This document shows, piece after piece, positions 28,859-36,329 of a stretch of 64,000 nucleotides of DNA. Within the stretch, counting starts at the first letter, position 1. Every line of letters begins with the position of its first letter. The position numbers and the translations under genes were made by a program. The stretch is from an uncultured Aminicenantes bacterium (lineage in GTDB: Bacteria; Acidobacteriota; Aminicenantia; UBA2199): the NCBI GenBank assembly GCA_965195285.1, contig CBDAFS010000061.1:12458-76457 (forward strand). The letters are read 5' to 3'. The notes below the pieces were generated by a model. That model had not been told where the DNA came from, ran no database searches, and saw nothing but the letters and a program-made list of their open reading frames with translations.

Positions 28859-30421
28859 TTATTTAATTACCTGTTTGACCGTATCGATAATGGTCCCATC
28901 CACCCATTTGATTGCGGCGATGGTTTTATTTCCCAGTTTGGGCCTGGCCGGGGCTCCCCCGCTGATTTTCTCGGCTTCCTGTTTCAAATCCTCTATGGAT
29001 TTAATGGGCAGATTACTGCCGGAAACCGCCTTCATCAGATCCTCTCTCCGGGGATTGATGGCAATTCCCCGCTCGGTAACCACCACATCAATCAACTCAC
29101 CCGGCCCCACCAGGGTGGTGACCCGATCCACCACCACCGGGATCCGGTCCCGGAAGAGCGGCAGAGGCAGGATGACATTTCGCCCGAAAAGACAATTCTG
29201 CCAGCCCCCGATGCCATGCAGCAGTCTGCCGTCGGAATGGGTCACCACATTGGCATTGAAATCCACATCCACTTCGGTAGCGCCCAGTATGGCAATATCC
29301 ACCATGCTGGCAAAATTTCCCTTGCCGTGATAATTGTAACTGGTAAAGGGGCTGGTATCCTGGTGAGCCGGATTCTCTCTCATGGAGCGGACCCCATCCA
29401 GGTCAAAGGTCTGTCCATCCAGTATATAATCGGTTAATCCCTCTTCCAGCATTCCGGTCAGATACTTTGTTGAACCACCCCTCATGAAGCGGGCCTTGAT
29501 CCCGCTTTCTTTCATGATGTCCCTTAAAAATGCGGTAAAAGCCAAGGCGGTCCCTCCGGCTCCGGACTGGACAGAAAATCCCTCCTTGACCAGTCCGGCT
29601 TCCTGAACAAACCGGGCCGTCATCTCCGCGATCAAAAGCCGGTCCGGACTCCGGGTCAGCTGGGTGGTTCCCGAAACGATCTTCCGGGGATCGCCGATAG
29701 ACTCCAGTTCAACCACAAAATCAACATGATTACCCTGGATCTGCCAGGGGATGCAGGGGAATGGCTCCACATGATCGGTAACCACCACTACCTGGTCGGC
29801 ATACTGGGAATCAGCCAGGGCAAAGCCCAGCAATCCGCAGGCAGCGGGACCCCGCAGGCCATTGGCATTTCCAAATGGATCAGCACAGGGTGCTGAAATA
29901 ACAGCGATATCAATATGGACTTCCCCGTCCTGAACAGCCTGGTAACGGCCACCATGAGAGCGGAGTATGGCTACTCCCTTCATTTTGCCTTCGGAGCAGT
30001 AATCACCCAAGGGACCGTTCATGCTGCCTTCAATATGATGGACCACCCCGCTTTCCAGATGCCGGATAATGGGGGCATGAATGGGGAATGATGCACTGGG
30101 AAACCATCTCAGTTTCTTAACTCCCAGTTCTGCGGCCGCATCAAAGATCAGGTTGGGCATATAGTCACCGTTGCGCAGGTGGTGGTGGGTGGAGATGGTC
30201 ATCCCATCTTTGATTCCGCATTTCTTCAGGGCCTCTTTTATGGAGGCCACCCGCTTGTCACCGTTTTCGGGATAATTGGCACAGGAACGTATGGGAGGCG
30301 CCGCCTTTTTTCCCCTTGGCTTGTATTGACCCACTCCCCGGTAAGCCTTATGCTTTTCACCATTGATCTCTATCAGGACCTCCCGTCCGGCAGCATTTAT
30401 TTCGGTTTTCTTACTTAACAT
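28859..30421 (-). CDS. citF: Citrate lyase alpha subunit (citrate CoA-transferase)
   Basis: DGMTISTHHHLRNGD, RSHGGR, QSGAGG, LGATEVDVDFNANV. Confidence 0.92.
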   Translation of the reverse strand: MLSKKTEINAAGREVLIEINGEKHKAYRGVGQYKPRGKKAAPPIRSCANYPENGDKRVASIKEALKKCGIKDGMTISTHHHLRNGDYMPNLIFDAAAELGVKKLRWFPSASFPIHAPIIRHLESGVVHHIEGSMNGPLGDYCSEGKMKGVAILRSHGGRYQAVQDGEVHIDIAVISAPCADPFGNANGLRGPAACGLLGFALADSQYADQVVVVTDHVEPFPCIPWQIQGNHVDFVVELESIGDPRKIVSGTTQLTRSPDRLLIAEMTARFVQEAGLVKEGFSVQSGAGGTALAFTAFLRDIMKESGIKARFMRGGSTKYLTGMLEEGLTDYILDGQTFDLDGVRSMRENPAHQDTSPFTSYNYHGKGNFASMVDIAILGATEVDVDFNANVVTHSDGRLLHGIGGWQNCLFGRNVILPLPLFRDRIPVVVDRVTTLVGPGELIDVVVTERGIAINPRREDLMKAVSGSNLPIKSIEDLKQEAEKISGGAPARPKLGNKTIAAIKWVDGTIIDTVKQVIK

Positions 30422-31634
30422 CGCTATTCCTCCAATCCTCGGGAATCAGACCCCCGGCCCGGGCCAGATCAATGATTCGCTGAGCCCGCTTAACCACCGG
30501 GGGATCTATCATTTTACTACCCAGCGAAACCACTCCTAGACCTTTCTTTTCAGCCTCCTCAAAGGCCAGAACAATCTTTTTGGCCCGGTCGATCTCCTCT
30601 GACTTCGGGGCAAAAGCCTCATGCACCACTGCAATCTGCCGGGGATGGATACAGCCTTTACCGTCAAACCCAAGGGCTTTGGCTTCCAGCACACTGTTTC
30701 GCAAGCCTTCCATGTCATCCACATCGGAAAACACGGTATCAATGGCCTGGATACCGGCTGCCCGGGCGGCATTCACCAGCATGGAGCGGGCAAAAAAACT
30801 TTCCCGACCTTCCGGGGTCCGTTGAACCCCGATATCGGCCGTATAGTCTTCCAGGCCGATGGCCAGGGCTACATTTCGCTTTGAAGCCGTGGCAATCAAA
30901 TAGGCATTTAATACCCCCAACCCGCTCTCTATGATGGGCATGAAAAATATGTCATGCTTCAGGTCTTTTTCCTTTTCCAGAATTTCATCGATCTTCTTTT
31001 CAATATCATAAATCTGAATCGGGGTTTCCACCTTGGGAATCAGGATCAAATCAATTTTCTGGGGAACAATGGCTTCCAGGTCCTCTAATCCCAGGGGAAG
31101 CTGGTTGATGCGAACCATTCGTTCACAACCCATAAAGTCAACCGACCTCAATGCATTTCGCACCAATAACCGGGCATCAGCTTTTTTCGAGGGGGGCACG
31201 GAATCCTCAAGATCGAGGATCAGTCCATCCGGCTGATGTATGGCCGCATTGATAAAGAGTTTGGGCTGGTCGCCGGGCAGATACAGCCTGGATCGCCTGA
31301 ATCGGTCCCGGGCACTGGATTGGGCAGGATAATTCCACTCGGGTAAATAGAATTTCCCCCGATCAAGACCCAGCCGGTTAACGGCTGATTCCAGCCTGGC
31401 CATGATCACAAAGGGAAGGGCTCCCGAGTCTTCAATTTCTATTTCCGCATGGTTAATTCCGAAAAATGCCGCCATATCGTTAACCAGTTTTTTAATGGCT
31501 TCACCGTATAGCACATCTACTTTACTCTTCAACTTAATCTGGACTCCACCGTCCGGAACCGGTTTCAACTGGATCCAGCAGTCAGATCGAACCCGATCTC
31601 CACGGTTCCCGGCTTCTGCGATTTCAACACTCAT
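30411..31634 (-). CDS. citE: Fused citrate lyase ACP (gamma, CitD) and beta subunit (CitE)
   Basis: N-terminal AEAG...RSDC...DSGALPFVIMARLESA (CitD-like); RRSRLYLPG, LDLEDSV, GFDGKGCIHPRQI, KMIDPPV (CitE). Confidence 0.88.
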   Translation of the reverse strand: MSVEIAEAGNRGDRVRSDCWIQLKPVPDGGVQIKLKSKVDVLYGEAIKKLVNDMAAFFGINHAEIEIEDSGALPFVIMARLESAVNRLGLDRGKFYLPEWNYPAQSSARDRFRRSRLYLPGDQPKLFINAAIHQPDGLILDLEDSVPPSKKADARLLVRNALRSVDFMGCERMVRINQLPLGLEDLEAIVPQKIDLILIPKVETPIQIYDIEKKIDEILEKEKDLKHDIFFMPIIESGLGVLNAYLIATASKRNVALAIGLEDYTADIGVQRTPEGRESFFARSMLVNAARAAGIQAIDTVFSDVDDMEGLRNSVLEAKALGFDGKGCIHPRQIAVVHEAFAPKSEEIDRAKKIVLAFEEAEKKGLGVVSLGSKMIDPPVVKRAQRIIDLARAGGLIPEDWRNSDVK

Positions 31635-31660
31635 AAAAACCTCCTGCAACAACCTTTATA

Positions 31661-32257
31661 TTATATAACCACATTTAAATTCGTTCCCTTTATTTTCCGG
31701 CTGATATAGTATGATTTAAAAAATGTCAACTGTGAATTCTTGGATTTGATGAAAATTTCCACAAAAGAACTGCGCCAGTCTCTCTGGTTTTCCTCAAAGG
31801 CTTCGGCGGAACTGGCCCGGTAGCCCAGCTGGGATGTCAGTTTTATCAGAGTACTTTCACTCCCGGGTTTCAATGAATCGCTGAAGGTCATTTTAAATCC
31901 TTCTCCAATAATTTTTCCAGTATCCATGAACCTGAAAACCCCTAAAAAAAATACATGCTTCAGTTCAGATTCCCCGATATTCCGGACCTGGAAGTTGATT
32001 TCCGGAACCAGGATAATCCCCTTGAAGTCATCATCATCAATTTCCTTTTTCACCACCCACTGACTGGAAATATTAAAAACTTCAATTGAGGATTTCAACA
32101 CTTCCATGGACACGTTTTTTTCCAGGATGTCGTTTTTAAACAACAAAAATATGAGAATAAACAACACCGCCACCCCGAAAAACAACCAGGAATTGGATCT
32201 GAAACTTCCGGGTTTTAAATAATCATTCAGAACATTCTGATTGCTTTTATTACTCAT
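31661..32257 (-). CDS. Hypothetical membrane-anchored protein
   Basis: 198-aa ORF with a single N-terminal TM, co-oriented upstream of the cit genes. Confidence 0.6.
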   Translation of the reverse strand: MSNKSNQNVLNDYLKPGSFRSNSWLFFGVAVLFILIFLLFKNDILEKNVSMEVLKSSIEVFNISSQWVVKKEIDDDDFKGIILVPEINFQVRNIGESELKHVFFLGVFRFMDTGKIIGEGFKMTFSDSLKPGSESTLIKLTSQLGYRASSAEAFEENQRDWRSSFVEIFIKSKNSQLTFFKSYYISRKIKGTNLNVVI

Positions 32258-32508
32258 GACAACCCATGCCTCCTTGCAGGCCGGAAACCTCTCAGTCTTT
32301 AATTAGCGAGCATTTATTATATCATATTCAACCCTATTGACCAATAATTATCAAACCACAATCAATGCCTCCGGCTCTTCCTTGACCCTGCCGGGTGCCC
32401 TTCCCAGGGTTTACAAAAACCACCGATATGTTACAATAGATATTTGAGAAAATAACAAAGTGAAATTTTTCATCAGTGACATATTATATCAAAGGGGGCT
32501 ATGCATAG

Positions 32509-33723
32509 ATGGCTTTTCTTATCTTCTTTTTACTGCTGACCGTAACCATACTGTATTACCTGTTTGAAGTTAGTTTTAAGAGCTTTTCCAGAGTTTCCAT
32601 GGCCGGTTTGATGGAAGACATTCGAAGCCGGTGGATCCATAAATTTCATTTTGTGGAAAAATACGATCTGGTTTTGAATTCCCTGGGCGCATTTTCTTTT
32701 TTCATGCAGCTCACCCTTTTCATCTATTCATTTCTATTTCTGGAACGGTTTTTATACAATCCGATTCACCGGATCACTCTGTTGATTTTCGCTTTTTTGT
32801 TCACCTTTAACTTTCTGCTCTACACCATCGCCTATTTCTTCCGGGAGATCATTATAAAAAAATTGATTTTCCTCTACCCCCTGCCCTGGTTTTTCTTCTC
32901 CCCCGCCAATATTATCTTCTCTTTTTTTCTGAAACGAAGCCCGGAAGAAAGAAACGACAGCCAGGATGAACTCAGCGAAAAGGAATTGGAAGTCTTCATC
33001 GAAGAGGGAACCAAAGAAGGATTGATTGAATCAGAAGACAAGGAAATGCTCACCAGTATTCTTGAATTCGGCGATACCCTGGTAAAGGAAATCATGACCC
33101 CCCGGGTAGATATGATATACATTCCCATTGATATCGGCCTGAATGAACTGGTCCAGATGATCAACGACAAAAAAAAATCGCGTTATCCGGTCATATCCGG
33201 ACGAGTCGATAACATCGAAGGCATCATTTTATCCAAGGATGTCTTCAACTATCTGGATAAACCTGACTTCGACATTAAAAGTATTATCAGAAAGGCATTC
33301 TTTATCCCGGAGACCATGCGGATACTGGAATTGCTCAAGACTCTGCAAAAGTCCAGACTGAAATTCGCCATTGTGGTAGACGAATTCGGAGGTGTTTCCG
33401 GGTTGGTGACCATGGAAGATATCATCGAGGAAATCGTCGGAGAGATTCAGGATGAATACGATGAGGATGTCGAACAAATCAGGAAGGAAAAAGATTATTT
33501 CATTGTCACTGGCGATACTGATATTTTTGAGCTGGGGGAAACCCTGAAAATCAAGATAGATGAGGATGAAGACTATCAGACCGTGGGCGGTTTCATCAGC
33601 TATAAACTGGGACGGATACCCAACCAATTGGATAAAATCACCCTCCATAACTATCAATTGCAGGTCATTGAAATGGAGAAAAATCGAATCATAAAAGTTA
33701 AAATTACCAATCAGGATCTCTAG
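32509..33723 (+). CDS. Hemolysin/CNNM family CBS-CorC domain protein
   Basis: VKEIMTPRVDM, SRYPV, VVDEFGGVSGLVTMEDIIEEIVGEIQDEYD. Confidence 0.9.
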   Translation: MAFLIFFLLLTVTILYYLFEVSFKSFSRVSMAGLMEDIRSRWIHKFHFVEKYDLVLNSLGAFSFFMQLTLFIYSFLFLERFLYNPIHRITLLIFAFLFTFNFLLYTIAYFFREIIIKKLIFLYPLPWFFFSPANIIFSFFLKRSPEERNDSQDELSEKELEVFIEEGTKEGLIESEDKEMLTSILEFGDTLVKEIMTPRVDMIYIPIDIGLNELVQMINDKKKSRYPVISGRVDNIEGIILSKDVFNYLDKPDFDIKSIIRKAFFIPETMRILELLKTLQKSRLKFAIVVDEFGGVSGLVTMEDIIEEIVGEIQDEYDEDVEQIRKEKDYFIVTGDTDIFELGETLKIKIDEDEDYQTVGGFISYKLGRIPNQLDKITLHNYQLQVIEMEKNRIIKVKITNQDL

Positions 33724-33756
33724 CAGTAAACCAGCCCCTTCAAGGATTCAATCAAC

Positions 33757-34641
33757 ATGAAAAGTAACCAAAAACAACATTCCGGATATGTGGCGCTTAT
33801 CGGCAGGACCAATGTGGGAAAATCAACTTTTTTAAACCACATATTAAAAACCAAAGTATCTATCGTCTCCCACTCCCCTCAAACCACCCGGGAACAGATT
33901 CTGGGAATTAAAACCACTTCCAGGGGGCAGATCATATTTTTTGATTCTCCCGGCATACACAAACCCCATTTCAAATTGAATGAAAAGATGATGAAGGCGG
34001 TCCACCATTCCCTCATGGATGCCGATATCATTCTTTATTTTTTGGAAATCGGGGATAAACGAGAGGATGCGTTCATTTTGAATTTGCTTAAGGAACTGAA
34101 TAAAACAACCCTTCTGGTAATCAACAAAATCGATAAGATCAATAAAGCCAGGGTGCTCAGTCAGATAGATAAGCTCAAGGATCTGTATACCTGGAGTGAG
34201 ATCGTTCCCCTATCAGCCCTGAAAGGGGATAACGTTGATAGGCTCGAGGACCTGATATTCGAGTACCTGCCCGAAAATGATCATCTGTTTTCCCCTGAGG
34301 AATTCACCCGCCAGTCAGAAAAATTCTATATAGCCGAACTGATCCGGGAAAAAATACTGAATCTGTCACGAGATGAACTCCCTTTTACCACCAGTGTTAA
34401 AGTTGAGGAGATTACGGAAAAGGACAAAGTCTTCTATATCCGGGCAGAAATTTATGTGGAATCCCTGTCCCAGAAAAAAATCATTGTCGGTAAACACGGA
34501 ACCCTGGTCAAACAGATCGGTGAAACCGCCAGAATCGATATTGAAGACTATTTTGACAAAAAAGTGTTCCTGGATCTGTTTGTGAAGGTGGTTCCCAACT
34601 GGCGCAATTCACCCCATGTCCTGAAGGACATTTTTGATTGA
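33757..34641 (+). CDS. era: GTPase Era
   Basis: GRTNVGKST, PQTTR, DSPG, NKID, KH domain SQKKIIVGK.G. Confidence 0.95.
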   Translation: MKSNQKQHSGYVALIGRTNVGKSTFLNHILKTKVSIVSHSPQTTREQILGIKTTSRGQIIFFDSPGIHKPHFKLNEKMMKAVHHSLMDADIILYFLEIGDKREDAFILNLLKELNKTTLLVINKIDKINKARVLSQIDKLKDLYTWSEIVPLSALKGDNVDRLEDLIFEYLPENDHLFSPEEFTRQSEKFYIAELIREKILNLSRDELPFTTSVKVEEITEKDKVFYIRAEIYVESLSQKKIIVGKHGTLVKQIGETARIDIEDYFDKKVFLDLFVKVVPNWRNSPHVLKDIFD

Positions 34642-34716
34642 CAATTCAGAAAATGGAAAATGAGGAAAATGGGGTCAGTTCTTTCATTATAGCGTTTTTT
34701 TTAGTATACTTGCTTC

Positions 34717-35589
34717 ATGGCTAGACCATTAAGAATTGAATTCCCCGGTGCTGTGTACCATATTACAACCAGAGGTAATGAAAAAAAGGCAATATTCAGG
34801 AATGATCGGGATCGAGAAAGATTTATTGAAATTCTATCACTGGTTGTTAAGAGATTTAAATGGATATGTCATTCATACTGTTTAATGGACAATCACTATC
34901 ATCTATTAATTGAGACACCAACAGCAAATTTATCGAGAGGTATGAAGCAGTTAAATGGGATTTATACCCAGAGTTTTAATCGTATACATAACAGAGTTGG
35001 ACATTTGTTTCAAGGTAGATATAAATCGATTTTAATAGAGAAGGAATCATATCTGCTTGTATTGAGTAGATATATGGTGTTAAATCCAGTGAGAGCAGGT
35101 GATGTAAATCATCCGGGAGAATGGCCCTGGAGCAGTTATGGTGCAATAATTGAAGAAGTGAAAAAACCTGATTTTTTAACTGTTGATTGGATATTGTCAC
35201 AGTTTTCCTCAGACAAAAAAAAGGCTGTGGAAGAATATGAACTATTTATCATATCAGGTTATAAGACAGGGTTTCCATATAATGAATTAGTCGGACAAAT
35301 TTTATTGGGTAGTGAAGGGTTTATAAAGAAGGTGAATGGTTATGTAAGTCAAGAATCAAGAAATAATATGAAAGAGGTGCCCAGAGAACAACAACTCAGT
35401 ATATCGACAACACTGGATGAAATATTTCAGAAGAATACGAGAAAAGGTGTCACAAGGAATAAGATAATCTGCGAGATATATCACAATAACGATTTTACAA
35501 TGAAGGAAATCGGTGATTATTTAGGATTGCACTACACGACTATTAGTAGAATTATAAACAGTTATGAGAAGAAGAAAAAAATGCTATAA
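34717..35589 (+). CDS. Y1 HUH tyrosine transposase, REP/TIR-associated (RAYT/TIRYT) type, with C-terminal HTH
   Basis: MARPLR..PGAVYHITTRGN, YCLMDNHYHLL (HUH), GHLFQGRYKS, RY..LNPVRAG, WPWSSY; C-terminal TMKEIGDYLGLHYTTISRII HTH. Confidence 0.9.
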   Translation: MARPLRIEFPGAVYHITTRGNEKKAIFRNDRDRERFIEILSLVVKRFKWICHSYCLMDNHYHLLIETPTANLSRGMKQLNGIYTQSFNRIHNRVGHLFQGRYKSILIEKESYLLVLSRYMVLNPVRAGDVNHPGEWPWSSYGAIIEEVKKPDFLTVDWILSQFSSDKKKAVEEYELFIISGYKTGFPYNELVGQILLGSEGFIKKVNGYVSQESRNNMKEVPREQQLSISTTLDEIFQKNTRKGVTRNKIICEIYHNNDFTMKEIGDYLGLHYTTISRIINSYEKKKKML

Positions 35590-35590
35590 T
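35582..35590 (+). promoter_or_regulatory. Outward-facing extended -10 (TGnTATAAT) inside the right TIR
   Basis: TGCTATAAT, 27 bp upstream of the sulfotransferase ATG; overlaps the transposase stop. Confidence 0.5.
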
Positions 35591-35617
35591 GAAAGAACTG
35601 ACCCCAAAGTTTAAGTC

Positions 35618-36202
35618 ATGATGGTATCAAACCGGAAACGATTTGTCTTTGTGCACATCCCCAAGACCGGGGGATCCTCCATATTCCGGGCCCTGAGTCC
35701 CTACAATGACGCACCGGATACCGACGAAAACCGGCATCTTGAACTGGTTGAAATCTACAACAAGTATGGGTACCTGGCCGGAGATAGTGACGGCTCAGCC
35801 GGTGAACTGAAAAAATATTTCAAATTTGCCTTTGTCAGAAACCCATGGGACCGGGTGGTTTCCATGTATTGCTACCGGCTGAGCAATCGGGAAATTCCCC
35901 CAGACTTGCCCTTTTCAGAATTTGTTCTGAAGCGCCGCCAGTATCCCTTCGGGATACACCGGGAACAGGTTAAATTGATCGAAGATCAAGACGGAAAAAT
36001 CGCCCTGGATTTCATCGGCCGGCTTGAAAATCTTGAAAAAGACTGGTCAACTCTTCAATCCCGGCTCGGGATCAGTTCCGGACTTCCCCACCTGAAACAA
36101 ACCTCACACCGGCATTATCAAACCTATTACAACCGGGAATTAAGGGACGAAATCGCTGATCTGTACCCCCGGGATATCGAGACCTTCGGATACTGCTTCT
36201 GA
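35618..36202 (+). CDS. Sulfotransferase family 2 protein
   Basis: FVHIPKTGGSS (5'-PSB), FVRNPWDRVVSMY (3'-PB), FIGRLENL. Confidence 0.9.
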   Translation: MMVSNRKRFVFVHIPKTGGSSIFRALSPYNDAPDTDENRHLELVEIYNKYGYLAGDSDGSAGELKKYFKFAFVRNPWDRVVSMYCYRLSNREIPPDLPFSEFVLKRRQYPFGIHREQVKLIEDQDGKIALDFIGRLENLEKDWSTLQSRLGISSGLPHLKQTSHRHYQTYYNRELRDEIADLYPRDIETFGYCF

Positions 36203-36329
36203 ATACCGGTTTCCAGACCCGACCCATGCTTCAATCTTAACCGCTTTTAAACATTCAAAACCATTTAGAAAGCTTGACTAAATCGGAAAAATGAGAGAGA
36301 ATACTGGATTATTACTTTGGGAGTCGGAT

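Larger units (their letters stand above)
34670..35606. mobile_element. TIR-bounded HUH transposase element (TIRtron-like)
   Basis: Perfect 24-bp inverted repeats TGGGGTCAGTTCTTTCATTATAGC (34670-34693) and GCTATAATGAAAGAACTGACCCCA (35583-35606); interior visibly AT-richer than flanks. Confidence 0.8.

Noticed and set aside
34650-35615. Target-site duplication flanking the transposase element
   Set aside because: The flanks (GAGGAAAA / AAGTTTAA) share only A-runs; no credible duplication.
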